This document shows, piece after piece, positions 14,637 through 27,957 of a DNA stretch of 64,000 bases. Origin of the DNA: the human T2T-CHM13v2.0 reference genome, Homo sapiens; assembly GCF_009914755.1 (NCBI RefSeq), contig NC_060928.1. One strand, written 5' to 3'. Each line of letters begins with the position of its first letter. The first letter of the stretch is position 1. The translations under genes were made by a program, and so were the position numbers. The notes beneath the pieces were generated by a model. The model had not been told where the DNA came from and searched no databases. It saw only the letters and a list, made by a program, of their open reading frames with translations.

Positions 14637-15224
14637 CAGCAGGTCCTCAACTAATATTGTTTCGTTCAATGTTATTTTGTTACAACATTGATGAGGAAAA
14701 GCATCAATTCCCAGCCAAGGGCACTGTCTGTGTGGAATTTGCACATTCTCCTAGGTCTGCATGGGTTTTCTCCAGGTACTCTGGTTTCCTCCCATATTGA
14801 AGATGTGCACGTGGGGTGAATTGGTGCGTCTCCATGCCTGAGTGAGTGTGGGAGTGGTGAGTGCACCCTGTGGTGGGATGGCATCCTGTCCAGGGTGGGA
14901 TTCCTGCCTCGTGCCCTGAGCTGCGGGGATGGAATCAGGCCACCTGCAACCCTGAGCTGGAATAACTGGGTAAACTATTACCTTATTTGTTTTTATTAAT
15001 CTCTCTTAAATGTATATATATCTCACATTTATTTCAATGTTTAATATTAGAAGTGTTTTCATCTTTATTTAGAAGTTTGGTGAATTTTTGTGACTAGGAA
15101 TATGCCATAGGAACTTAACTCATTTATATCAATTAGCCTATGGTAAAATAGGTTTTGCTATACATCATTTCACTTAAAGTCTGTTTCCAAGAACCTATGG
15201 ATGACATTAAGTGAGGACTTACTG
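14637..15224. mobile_element. MER6/MER6A TcMar-Tigger non-autonomous DNA transposon
   Basis: TA target duplications at 14635-36 and 15225-26; TIRs CAGCAGGTCCTC...GAGGACTTACTG; internal gtctgtgtggaatttgcacattctcc..gggttttctccaggtactctggtttcctcccat motif typical of MER6. Confidence 0.85.
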
Positions 15225-15228
15225 TATA

Positions 15229-15378
15229 CAGATGATTCTTGTTATTTGTGGTAGCTGTGTTCTATAAAGTCATCATAATCACTGAATTAGTAAATGTCAA
15301 ACGATCACTCCTAGAGGAAATAGAGTGTTAGTTTCCTATGAGCCTCCAATCACAGTATTTTCCTCAACCAGAGCACTA
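15229..15378. mobile_element. Tigger-type (MER82-like) terminal fragment abutting MER6
   Basis: TA|cagatgattcttgttatttgtggtagctgtgttctataaagtc..cactgaattagtaaat..ctcctagaggaaatagagtgttagtttcctatgagcctc. Confidence 0.6.
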
Positions 15379-15484
15379 TTTGCATAATGTAAGTTATACA
15401 ACAAGCCAGTCTCATCAGCTTTGGAAACCTGCTCTTTTACATAACATTGTTCCTGTATGATAGTTAGTGAATTTTAAAAAAATT

Positions 15485-15670
15485 CTTCTGTACCCTTGAA
15501 CAACTGACTTCCCTCCTTTAAGCCACCTTAGTTAAATTAAACAGGGGAAGTAAATAAAGTTTACTATATTTACTATTCACTTCTTACAGAGTTGGTAAGA
15601 AGATGAAATGAGATACTGTGCGTAAAACCCCTAAAAACCCAATAGGCATTTGAAAATAGTAGCTATTGTC
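15485..15670 (+). mobile_element. MIR SINE remnant
   Basis: tgtacccttgaacaactgactt..cttcttacagagttggtaagaagatgaaatgagata. Confidence 0.55.
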
Positions 15671-16048
15671 ATTGTGTTGTATAACAACCAAAAAAAAAAA
15701 AAAAAGTCATCCTAAAGAAGAAAATAAATGTCTTTAAGTACTGTCTTCCAAATTCAAAATTTTTCCAAAAGACTGAGAAAACGTCCAAAGAAAACTATAT
15801 CTAGATGGGGGACAAATGCCAAAGATCTAGCTCTATAATTTCTGTGAGAAAATAGAATACATGAGACGTTAGCATGATTTTTCTACCAATGCCATTACTT
15901 CTCACCATTCCGAGAATAAATTTTAAAATTCTTTCCATTTCAATCCTCCTCAAACACTTCAAAATCAAAAAGGCAACTGCCATTACCTTACACATGAAGA
16001 GACTGCCACTTCTAGGTAAACAAAAAGTGAAATCAAAGGCATGTGGAG

Positions 16049-16367
16049 TTTTTTTGTTTTTGGTTTGGTTTTTTTGTTTGTTTGTTTGTTTGTTTGTTTG
16101 TTTTGAGACGGAGTTTCACTCTTGTTGCCTGGGGCAGAGTTCAATGGCAAGATCTCAGCTCACCACAACTCCCGCCTTCCGAGGTGTTCAAGTGATTCTC
16201 CTGCCTCAGCCTTCCCGAGTAGCTGGGATTACAGGCACCTGCCACCACACCCGGCTAATTTTGTATTTTTAGTAGAGATGGGGTTTCTCTATGTTGGTCA
16301 GGCTGGTCTCGAACTCCCAACCTCAGGTGATCCAGCTGCCTCAGCCTCCCAGAGTGCTGGGATTACA
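16049..16367 (-). mobile_element. AluSp-like, ~20 bp 5'-truncated, (TTTG)n tail
   Basis: gagacggagtttcactcttgttgcc, gtttctctatgttggtcaggctgg and ctcccaacctcaggtgatcc. Confidence 0.9.
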
Positions 16368-16924
16368 TGGCTATACTGTGGAGCAAAAAATAAAAAAATA
16401 AAAAATCCTTTACGACTCAGCTTCCCTTTCTTACACCTTCAAATCTCCTTATCTATAGTGACTCCTACGTGCCTCAAATTTCCATGGAGAGCCAAAAGGT
16501 CCCTCAGCCCTCTTCCAACCTAGTTGGAAAACTTGAGAAATTGGGATTGCAGTAGCCAGTTGACCTAAGTCCCTCTGGTGTGCAGGTACTTAAAATTTAA
16601 AAAGAAAAATTCTTCCATCTTAGCCATGTTGGGTCACCATAATTGTCCCCTTCCGTCTCTGGCTCTTGCTTTTACATAAATGTATAGTGTCTCTTTAAGC
16701 ATACCACATGGGCACATAAAACTTAAAAAAATTAAACTGGTTAGTGTTTATGAGACTTCATTTTTAAAAAATGGAATCTTTAAGTCCCTTATGACTGTTT
16801 CTGAATTTCTTTTTTCTTTTTCTCTTTCTATGCCTCTTTAAATACATAAAAAGGAAACTAAATGTTGTCACTCAGAACTGCATTCAGAAGGTCATCTGCA
16901 CTCCCTGTTGAAAGTATTCATGGA

Positions 16925-17291
<367 letters not shown>

Positions 17292-17482
17292 TTAAAAGTG
17301 TGCTGCTATGTTCTATATGCTTAAAATATGATAAATAGTTTTTGGGATAAAAGGCTTTGTCTCTTTTTAGCTCTTTTTAGTGCTCTTAATGTTAAGGTAT
17401 GTAGTATAAGAAGTATAGAAGGTTCCATGAGAAGGGCCTCCTCAGCACCACAGCCAAGAGTTTGGCCCTCAGCCCTGCAGGG

Positions 17483-17708
17483 CCAACCTGGAACTATCTT
17501 CCTGGTTGTAGAGTAATGTTAGCCAAGAGCATAGAGACTGGTAAATCAGAATGCCAATTTATTCTCTTAGAGTGAAGAAAATACCTTATCAGTCCAACCA
17601 GGAACTATCTTCCTGGTTGTAGAGTAACGTTAGCCAAGAACATAGAGACTGGTAAATCAGAATGCCAATTTATTCTCTTAGAGTGAAGAAAATACCTTAT
17701 CAGTCCAA
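17483..17708. repeat. 111-bp tandem duplication (2 copies, 3 mismatches)
   Basis: 17483-17593 vs 17594-17704, with ccaa microhomology at the junctions. Confidence 0.95.
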
Positions 17709-18526
17709 TGGAAATGCTTGAATTATCAATTAGTACAATTAGTAAGTGAATTAAAGGTTAGTCAACAGTAGATACTGACCAACCACAGTGGCCTGAGTGC
17801 CTACGTCTAAAAGTCAAGGAAGCTCCCCTTTAACCCCTGCATAATGACTACCAACCTCTGACTCAGTAGGTTAACCTTCTATGTTCTAAGCTAGTATCAC
17901 CCTTCTGTTTATCCACTGTGTCTCAAAACAATACAAAAAATTGGGTTTCCTGCTTCTAAAATTACAGTGATGTTCTTCTAGTCTCTCTGTGATTATTCCC
18001 AGAACAACACAGAGTTCAGAAACCACAGTTAAAACCAGTAAAAATAATTTTGTATTAGTTGAAGACCTGTTCATTTATTCATTTTAGAAATGGTCATCAA
18101 CAAGTAATTAATGAGCACTTATTTGTTATTTGGCACCATACTGGCATTGAGCTAGACATTGTGGAAATTGCTAAAGAAATGGAATATATTTCCCTTAAGT
18201 TAACCACTTAATACTGTCCTTTGATATTAAGGAAATGATAATTATTAACAGAGGTGGCACCAAGCAGATAGGTCTAGGTGAACCCATTGTTTTCTATTGC
18301 TAGCACTTTTGTCAGTAATTATCTCAGATTCTCCATGAGAAGAGAATAATGGGTTTGACTTCATCTCACTAAATGGAATCCCAGAGGTTTAAAACTACTA
18401 ATATACTTCCTAATCTGAAAATCTGACCATGATTTCCAATGAAATTAAATACAATATTTTCAAATGACAGATCCCAGTACCTGGAAACAAAAGATTCTAT
18501 TTATTAAACTGCCTTTCAAAGGGATA

Positions 18527-18657
18527 AGATGGCCACATGACCTGGTTTGCCTGGGATAGTTCTGTTTTGTGCCAATTTTGTCTAGGTAAATACTAGTCAT
18601 ATTATTTTTATTGTCAAGACTATCCTGGTTTGGATGATAAATTATGTGGTCACTCTA
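18527..18657. mobile_element. MER94-like hAT-Blackjack MITE
   Basis: atggccacatgacctggtttgcctgggatagt...tcctggtttggatgataaattatgtggtcactcta matches recalled MER94 ends. Confidence 0.6.
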
Positions 18658-18804
18658 ACTATAATGTATACTTCCAAAATGATTCAAAAATTTCACCAGG
18701 TATGGCATCCCAGTTAACACCAAGTATTAGATTTCTAATGTCTTATTAGTTTGTCTTATCTAAAAGATTTTGTTTTAGGTACTCAAATCATATATAGATA
18801 TATA

Positions 18805-19595
18805 TGAAAGCTTTGCATGCCAATGTTTATAACAGCATTAGTCACAATAGCCAAAAAGTGGAAACAACTTAGATGTCCATCAACATGTGAATGGATTACC
18901 AAAAGTGGTATATACATACAGTGGAATATGACTTGGCCCTGAAAATGAAGGAAATTCTGACACATTCTACAGCCTTGAAGATATCATGCTGAATAAAATA
19001 TGCCAGGCATAAGCAGACAAATATTGTAGGATTCCACCTATACGAGGTACCTGAAGTAGTCAAATCCGTAGACATAGAAAGTAGAATGATGGTTTAGGAC
19101 AAAAAACCAAACACCACATGTTCTCACTCATAGGTGGGAATTGAACAATGAGAACACATGGACACAGGAAGGAGAACATCACACACTGGGGCCTGTTGTG
19201 GGGTGGGGGAAGTGGGGAGGGATAGCATTAGGAGATAAACCTAATGTTAAATGACAAGTTAATGGATGCAGCACACCAACATGGCACATGTATACATATG
19301 TAACAAACCTGCACGTTGTGCACATGTACCCTAAAACTTAAAGTATAATAATAATGATAATAATAAAAAGAAAGTAGAATGATGGTTACCAAGGTTGGTA
19401 GGGTTCTGCGGGAATATGGAGTTATTGTTTAATGGACATAGAGTTTCAGTTTGGAATAATGAAAAAGTTCTGGAGAAGGTGAGAGACAATGATGGAACAA
19501 TAATGTGAATGTATTTAGCGCCAATGAAGTGTACACTTAAAAGTGGTTAAAATGGTAAATTGTATGTTATGCATATTTTGTCACAATAAAAATGT
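18805..19595 (+). mobile_element. L1MB (MB2/3-like) 3' end, interrupted by a younger L1PA insertion
   Basis: aatagccaaaaagtggaaacaac..gtagtcaaatccgtagacatagaaagtagaatg..ggagttattgtttaatgg..cacttaaaagtggttaaaatggtaaatt. Confidence 0.85.
19095..19368 (+). mobile_element. 5'-truncated L1PA4/5-like 3'UTR insertion
   Basis: aaaaaccaaacaccacatgttctcactcataggtggg..ccctaaaacttaaagtataat; perfect 19-bp TSD agaaagtagaatgatggtt at 19076-19094 and 19369-19387. Confidence 0.92.
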
Positions 19596-20782
19596 GTGTT
19601 TAAAAAAAAAGAAATGGAGGATAAATTACTACACAAAAATAAAGATCAAAGAAATTCTCAATCATGTACTGAGAAAGTTCCTATAAGAGAGAGAACACTG
19701 TGAGCCATTCATGGCTAGAAAGCTTTCCCAGAAGAGGTGGGATATGAGGAAGACCTGGAATGATGCATCGTATTCCAAAAGAAAGAAAAGTAAGTAGAAT
19801 GAGAAAATCTGTGTATAAGAAAATGAACATCCTTAAAATAAATTAGTTGAACACAGTCAAGAAATGATTTGATCCCATTTGGAGATGGAAAATTCTACAC
19901 TCACAGCAAAAGACTTAACCAAATTTAAGGTTTAAGCAAATTTAAGATTTTGCCCATAGGAGGAGCTTCATTATCTATTACATTTTATGATCCTATTTAT
20001 TACTTAAGAAAAAATATATGTTTTTAACTTCCACATTATTAATGAAAGGGAATTAATACTCCTGAGTACAGAAGGGCATGTAACACACGTCACCCAGTGA
20101 ATGGATAACCGTGACTTTGGATACAGAGGCAAACTATTGGGGCATTTAATTTTGCAGTCCAGGAATCTATTACTGCAATTCTAGGTCTAGTTGGTTCCTC
20201 TAAAAAATGTGGGCTAGTTTACAAGTTACATTATACCAATAAGGAAGCCTTTGATTATTTGATGAAAGCAGATACATTACTGTGCATTGCAAATTTAGCT
20301 CTCCCAAAAAAATTGTTGAATCTTTGCAAAATATTGGCCTTATATTTTCTAACTGCTGGAATCTTCTGAAATCTAAGAGAACACAAACATCTCAGCAGAG
20401 AAAAGATAATAATTATCTTTCTATGGTCACAAGAAAACTTTGGGTGACCCATGAGGTTGAGAACACACAGGACTGTGGTCAATAAGATTCTCTCTCATGG
20501 ATGTAGGTCTTGACAGACTTTCCAGACCTCAGAACAACTAGTCACCCCAGGTGAGAAGCAAGATCATTGTGCTTTACTATAGTTAAAACACTCAAGTACA
20601 GTCTATTATGTAAACTTTGCCATACCTCCTTTCTTTCTCCCTCATTCAAGCTCACAAAGGAAATAATACTTTGGGGAAAATTAAGTTATTAGTAGTTCAG
20701 TTATATAAGAGTAAGAAAAGTCATTCTAAAAGTATCCAGGCTCTTTAAAGTAAAAAAAAAAAAAGAAAAAAAGAAAAAAAAG

Positions 20783-21092
20783 TCATTCTTAGCAAACTAA
20801 CACAGGAACAGAAAACAAACACTGCGTGTTCTCACTCATAAGTGGGAGTTGAACAATGAATGAGAACACATGAACACAGGGAGGGGAACATCACACACCA
20901 GGGCCTGTTGCGTGGGGGGAAAGGGGAGGGAGAGCATTAATGCATGCGGGGCTTAAAAGCTAGATGATGGGTTGGTAGGTGTGGCAAACCACTATGGCAC
21001 ATGTATACCTATGTAACAAAGCTGAACATTCTGCACATGTATCCTAGAACTTAAAGTAAAACAAACAAACAAAAAAAACCAACAACAAAAAA
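20783..21092 (+). mobile_element. 5'-truncated L1PA8-like 3' fragment, followed by a short L1MA-like tail (21097-21150)
   Basis: tcattcttagcaaactaacacaggaacagaaaac..atgcatgcggggcttaaaa..cctagaacttaaagtaaaa. Confidence 0.85.
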
Positions 21093-22494
21093 CAAATTAT
21101 CACATGTACCTTGAAAAGATGTACAGCTATTATGTATCAATAAAATAATAAATTGAATGAAAAAATTATCTGAGCTCATTCACTAGAATGCCAAGTGAAG
21201 CTGTTCCAAGATGGTTGTCAAAGTCGTTTAAATACAAACTGTGTCTACCCCAGAGAGCACTTGAAAAGCCTTTTTAGTTGATTCCCAGGAAAACCTCAGT
21301 GGAGACTGATGGTTGACATGTGCTACCTCCATTTTGCTGATAGGAAAAGCAAAATGCAGAAAATTCTATTATATTGTCCCCCTTCCTTTAGCCAGTGGGT
21401 GATGAGAACAGAATGCACATTTTCTGGTTTCCCATCAGGGACTATTTTTTTTTTCAGCCATTAGATCCCATTCTTTTATAGGGACACTCACTACTTACAA
21501 CTTGATGACTGATTTCATCTCATCCCTGAACTAACCACATGAAATAATAACTAGCTAGTGTAAAACCACACCTCCAGAACAAAGCACATTGACAACAATG
21601 AATTGCAATCCTGTAGTGTCAGCAAGCCTTTAAAAATAATTATCAAACATCATTATATATATGAAAATAAAGCTTAAATTAACCCCACTCATTTGAACAA
21701 GTCGTTCCGTGCCTCTCCCACCAAAACAATTCTTCATAAGTAGGGAGTGTGTTTATTTATTTTGCATTGGAAGCCATAAAACAACCAGTTTCCAAAAACA
21801 GATAAGCAAAGTGGCAATCTGATCAGAAAGGGTGAAAATGGCTCATAGGTACCCTGCTTCTCCCCTCACTATTGCCATTGCCAGATTCTGTAGCTTTCCT
21901 GGGCCTCTGCAATTTGACAATTTTAGAACTAATTTTAGAACAAATGTTTGAGTTTACACTTGAAAAAACTAAGGCCTACAGAGCAACCAACAGACACAAA
22001 TTAATCACAAAGCAGAGGGAGACACCAAATAAATCTGATTCCCAATTCTTTGTTTTATAGCATCGTATCTTCTTGCCTTCACTAGTTTAGTAGATTACTG
22101 TCATTCGACAATAAGATATTATTCTTACCTTCCACTGTCCCCTTTCTCTGTAGCATAAAGAAAATAAGAGCTGTATTTCAAAGAGCTTACCTCCTACATT
22201 TTTGTATATCCTGGAAATAACACTAAATGATATTTTCATGGTTATCATAGAACATAGAATAACTTCACATAACATGCTCACAGCTCAAAATTGCTTACTG
22301 TTGAGTTCAGCTTTCTCTCTATTTGTTAGTTTTAGCCAAAGGGCAAACAAACAATGACTTTTGTCACTGGCAATAATTGTTCTACAATAGATTGACTGAA
22401 ACAGACACTTATTTATTCATTAAGAAAAATATCTATTGAGTACTTAAAAGGTGATATGGATGTGGAATAACCAAATTTCCACTATCATTTATTC

Positions 22495-22771
22495 CAGATA
22501 AAATGTGGGTGATTTATAAACAGCAGAAATTTTTTGCTTACAGTTCTGGGAGCTGGGAAGTCCAACATCAAGGCATCAGCAGATTCTGTGTCTGGCGAAG
22601 CCCTGTTTCTCATAGATAGTGCCTTCTACATGTCCACACATGATGGAAGGGTAAACAGGTCCCTCGAGCCTCTTTTATCACCCTTACGAATGCCCACCTC
22701 TTAATATGTTTTCATTAAGGAGTAGTTTTCACATGTGAATTTTAGTGGCCACCAACATTGGGACCATAGCA
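22495..22771 (-). mobile_element. MLT1A0-like MaLR LTR
   Basis: acagttctgggagctgggaagtccaacatcaaggcatcagcagattctgtgtctgg..aacattgggaccatagca. Confidence 0.8.
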
Positions 22772-23094
22772 TTGCACTAGCTTAATTTTTTCTTTTCCCA
22801 CTGAAAAATATAAAATTTAAAGCTTATCTTTGTACACATTTAACATATTGAAAATAATTATTACTTTCATATTTATCTTTAAAATAGACCCCTGAAATAA
22901 CATGAGAATCAAATTCCATTAAAAATATATTCAACTAACATTTTACCTGTCCAATATAACCCAAATCTCAAGATTAAATATTGTCCACATAGCTCTAAAT
23001 CTTATTCAACAAAATTTAGAACTGATAGATCCAGGCCTGGCATATTTGCTTTAAATATTTCCTTAAATTTCTTTGTTAAAAATACATCTTCCCT

Positions 23095-23580
23095 GTGATA
23101 ATAAGAGCATATGGTCATTGTGGAATATCCAAGAAATAGAAAAAAAAACATAAAAAATAAAATTTTAAATTTACTATAATGCTAACATCCAGAAACAAAT
23201 ACTGAAAACATTTTGGCACATTTTAATAATTTTTGCATCCTGTTGCCTACCCCTTTTTGTAATAGTGAGTATTTTGTTGTGTAGTTAAAATTATAATCAT
23301 TTAGTAAATATTGTGTGTAACTTGAGTATTTCACTCAACAATATATGTATTTCCCCATATTACTAAGTATTCTTCTATAACATGCTTTTTAAATGGATGC
23401 CATTCTGTAGTAGCATTATTTATATATACTCTTTTGATGAACCTGTATATATTACCTTTAAAATATGTATATACTTTTGTGTAGTTAAATATTCTTAAAG
23501 AATGTGATTTTAATGACTTCTTCATAATCTAATTACAAACCATACTTTATTTAGTTAATTTCTAATGTAGGATATTTAGG
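23095..23580 (-). mobile_element. L1ME-like 3' end containing a near-identical inverted copy of 29825-30013
   Basis: L1ME 3'UTR phrases read antisense; see findings. Confidence 0.7.
23295..23479. repeat. Inverted repeat arm A (partner 29825-30013)
   Basis: Manual alignment to the reverse complement of 29825-30013 gives 4 substitutions and one 4-bp indel. Confidence 0.95.
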
Positions 23581-25569
23581 AGAACCTCTTTTTCAAAGAC
23601 AGCTATAACAACCACTAGTAGGAATCATGCCACTGCCACACCTGACACCACCAACTCATCTTGTGCCAAGCAGGGAAAGATTCATGGCTCCATATCCTCC
23701 CACACCTCAGCAGGTTTAAAAACACAGTGAGGTCTGATCACACCAAGTCAGTCTTGGACAGAGGCGGGCCCTCTGGTTCAGTGGTCTGATTTTCTATATA
23801 GAATGCATTAATATTGCTCTGTATAATCCAAATAAAAATAAACTTTATTTTATTTGGTATATTAATGCAGATACTTGCAGAGCCTATTTTCATTATTTGC
23901 TTCTGGCCTTCTCTTCAACAATTGGTTCCTCTGAAACACCAAACCTAAGGATTTGTGAAGCTCTTTCTCATTCACGCCTGTCCTGGCCGCTATTCATTCC
24001 TCATTTTTCTTGAGCAGTATATCTCAATGAGAGCAATTAGTACACGACCAATTCAACAACCACTAGATATAATGACTGTCCTACTTTGGTGCAGCGGACA
24101 TCTTTTTGTTGTCGTTGTTCCCAACACCATATAAGTACTGATTAGAAGCAGGAATGCCTGTCCAGGCCCTGTGAAGGAGGTGATGAATGGTATGTCTGAA
24201 CAGCACAGCCCTGGCTTAGTATCACTGAAATGCCACACTCCTCACTGAAGTCTGTTGATAAGCCTGACAGTGCTCAGCAACTTTTACCAGCAGACTTTAT
24301 ATCGGGGGACCCAAGCTGAAAGTTAGCACATGGGGTGTTCTGTCAGCACAGAAGGCTTACACCATTAGTAGATCTAAATGGTGTTTAGATTACGGAGTTC
24401 AACAAAAATCTAGGTCATTAAGTGCATAAAAGAAATGTTACAATGACTCCATTCCAAATAAAATGATGTTTGGAGGGAAACAAAGAAATTAATCTTGCAG
24501 TTTATTGGTAATAAAGAAACAAGAGACTCATATGTTGTTTTACGTATAGATATTATCTTAGTGCCATTTGGGACAGCTTATTCTTCAGCCTTTTTGAAAT
24601 ATGAAGTATACAGCTGGGATTTAAGGTATTACTAGCCAATTAGGAAAATTTTTTTAATGTAAAAACAAACAACAATCAACCAACCAACCAAACAAACAAA
24701 AAAAAACTTTCCAATTTCTTTGGAGACTGCATCCCTGGAGAATAAGTAAATATTACAATGTCATATAATCTTGAAAATTTTAAAATGTTAAGGAAAATAA
24801 TATGCCCATGGGAATCCTAATTTATGAGACAAAATTCAAAGAAGTTGTTCATAGAAATTTAAACCCTTGACATTTTTAAGACACAATTTAAAGTAGAATA
24901 AAAATTAGTTTTCACAACATAAAATGAATTGGAAAAATTTCAGCAGTTTCCTCAAGGGACCATTAAAAGCTAGGGTATCTTCCAAAAATTCACCAGGGTT
25001 TAAAGCTAACGGAAAACATATGTGGGAAGTGTTTGATAAATAGAGCTTAATGTTCAATATAAGAGAAACATAACAAATTTGCATTGAGTACACTGATTTT
25101 GAGAGGAGAAGTTTTTGACCCATTCCCCAGTCCATTTTTTACATGAGAACCAAAAGTGGCTAAATTTAGTTCCTTATCCACCCTGTGCTGAAAATGTCCA
25201 TGAGAAAGGGAGTTCCTGGATAACAAAACTTGCAGAGAAATTCCCAAAAATGCAACAGAAAGCCATAAATCCAGGAAAATAAATATAACCTGAATAACCA
25301 CAAATTTCATAATCAATATGTAAATGTAATCATGGGGAAACTCCCTGAAAAAGTCACATAATTCCTTTTATAATAAATAGTATCTGCACTTTCCTAAAAA
25401 TTTGGTGGCCTGAGTACACCCATGTAACTCTCCCATTGAAAATAAAGTACACGAAAAGTGGCATCAGTCGTGGAAAATAGGTTAAGAGTATCAAGATTAT
25501 GCCGGAAATGTTAAGGAAGTGTCACCAGATATTTTGGAGGTATAATACAGTTGAAAAAGATACAGAGGC

Positions 25570-26082
25570 CTTGGTAGGCAGAATAATGGTCCCCCCAACG
25601 ATGTCCAGGTCCTAATCCCTAAAGTACACCATGAATACACTAAACCATATAACAAAGAGTAATTAAGATGGAATTAAGGTTCCTAATCATGTAACCTTAA
25701 AAGAGAGAGATTATCCTGGATTACCCAGGTGGGCCCAGTGGAATCACAGGGTCTTTAAAAGTAGAAGAGAGGCAGAAGAGGAGGTCAGGGTGAGGCAATA
25801 CAAGAAGGACTTGACGCCTTTGCTGGCTTTGAAGATGGTGGGAGGAACCACACTCCAAGGCTTGCAGGAGGCCTGGGGAAGCTGGAAAAGGCAGAAAGAA
25901 AAAAAAAATAGTATCCTACCTAGAGCCTACAGAAAGGAATGCAGCTCTGCCAAGGCCCTGATTTTAGCCTAGTGAGGTGTATGTGTCAGACTTCTGAACT
26001 TCAGAACTGTAAGATAATCTATTTGTTTCTTTAAGCCACTAACTTTGTACTAACTTGTTTTGGCAACAATAGAAAAATAACA
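25570..26082 (+). mobile_element. MLT1D-like MaLR LTR
   Basis: tggtaggcagaataatggtccccc..gagattatcctggattacccaggtgggccc..gctggctttgaagatgg..cagaactgtaagataa..aagccactaa..caatagaaaaataaca. Confidence 0.85.
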
Positions 26083-26599
26083 AAGAGCTTCTTGAGAACA
26101 TACCATATGAATAGATAAGGGAGACCCTGGAAACAATAGAAGAGATTCTTTCAAAAGCCTCTGATTTAGAGGTAAAGGAAAGGGTCTAAGGACAGAAGGA
26201 GCACACCACTTGGAAAGGCCGTTTGCCATGGGAATCTGCAGCATTCAAAACAATCGTGCTGAAAGGCCCAACTGGCTCATAAAATGGGGGCATCAAAAAG
26301 AGCCAGGAGAGGGGCAAGGATTCTCTAAGATTTGAGAGGTGGGGGCTTATATCTGGATGTAGATGGCTGCATCATAAAGGAGACACAGCACAAACACACA
26401 ATATAGCTGATGTGGAATGGCCTAACAGACAGATATAGGAAGCTGCTCCTACAAAGTCAGAAAAAAAAAATGATCCTCAGCTTGGACTGCCCAAGGGCTT
26501 TAACTCCCTTCCCATGCCCTTTCGTGGCAGTCCAACAACTGAGCAAGTAATTTAAAGTTATATTAACAGACATTGAATACGTGATGGAAGATAGTTAGA

Positions 26600-27400
26600 G
26601 ACTGCAAGTCACAGCTTCCCATGCATCTAATGGGCTTGGATAGCCTGTTCTTCATTCATGGATAATTAGAAAGAAAAAGATTCCTCTATATAAAAAAGGG
26701 AGAATATATCATGCAAGATACAGAGGAAGAGAATAATATTGATAAAGACATTACAAAAAAAAAGAAATATTGGTCAGAAAGACACTCTCTGCCTTCAAAA
26801 ATACAGAATATGAAATAAAATATAAGATGAAGTGAAACAATACTGTAAAATAAAAGATAAACTGTTAAGGGCAGTACAAAAAATTTTCCTCCAAGAAAAC
26901 AAAATATGTTAGAGACGTTAAAATGTATATTAGAAGAGAAGAAATAAAACAGAAAATTATAACAGATGAATGATACAGAGAATAGAAAACAAAGATCCCA
27001 AACAAGAATGATTATTAACTTTTAAAGAAGAGTCTAGAGCAGACAGAAAATAAGTAATAAAGACGTAACCATTAGATCTATTTCTGGACTAAAAAAGATA
27101 TGAAGGTGCAGAACAAACGGATTTACCATACACAAAGTAATGTTACTAAAGAAATACCAACATCTAGACATATTTCAGGGCAACAAAATTAAATTCCAAA
27201 AAAAAAAGAGCAAATGCAAAACCCAGGCAGAAAGAAAAATAATTAATCTCAGATTTCTTTTTCTCAGTCTTAAAAACCAAAGGACAGTAGCGTAACATCT
27301 ATTCTACAGAGTTCTTTTAAAAAGTTTGGGTCTTATGATTTTATATCAGCCAATTTGTGTAATCAGTCATTGACATATAAAGGTGATGAAAAATATATAC
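26600..27400 (+). mobile_element. Very old A-rich L1M/HAL1 ORF1-like remnant
   Basis: Strong plus-strand A bias, with phrases such as ataccaacatctagacatatt and aatctcagatttctt. Confidence 0.35.
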
Positions 27401-27574
27401 AACCAGATTAATCTCAGGCACAGAGGTGGTCTGACCTCTTGTGCTCCTTCTCTGGCCCACTCCAGCCAGTTTGGCTTCCATAAGCTTCTCCAAAATAGCA
27501 TGCTTACTACCCCATCTTCCCCAAACTTATTTAACATTACAGCTTTAGCTGGTGCAAGAGAACAAATAATAATT

Positions 27575-27957
27575 CAGTGATATGCTGCATAATAATGTTT
27601 TAGTCAACAATGGACCACATATACAATGGTGGTCCCATAAGGTTGTAATGGAGCTAAAAACTTCCTACCACCTACTGACACTGTAGCTGTCCTAACATTG
27701 TAGTGCAATGCACTGCCTTTCCTGCATTTAGAGACACAAATACCATTGTGTTACAATTGCCTACTGTATTCAGAAGAGTAACATCCTGTACGTGTTTGTA
27801 GCCTAGGAGCAATAAACAATACCATACAGGCTAGGTGTATAGTAGGCTATACCATGTAGGTTTGTTTAAGTATACTCTATGATATTCACATAGCAACCAG
27901 ATTGTCTGACAATGCATTTCTCAGAATGTATTCCTGTCATTCAGCGACATGTGACAG
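27575..27957. mobile_element. Tigger3 (Golem/MER7)-family non-autonomous DNA transposon
   Basis: Degenerate TIRs cagtgatatgctgcataa...cattcagcgacatgtgacag|TA; internal ggtggtcccataag and gtagcctaggagcaata..gtaggctataccat. Confidence 0.85.

Noticed and set aside
17483-17708. Possible CRISPR-like repeat
   Set aside because: Only two adjacent 111-bp copies, no spacers, no cas genes, and a eukaryotic context.
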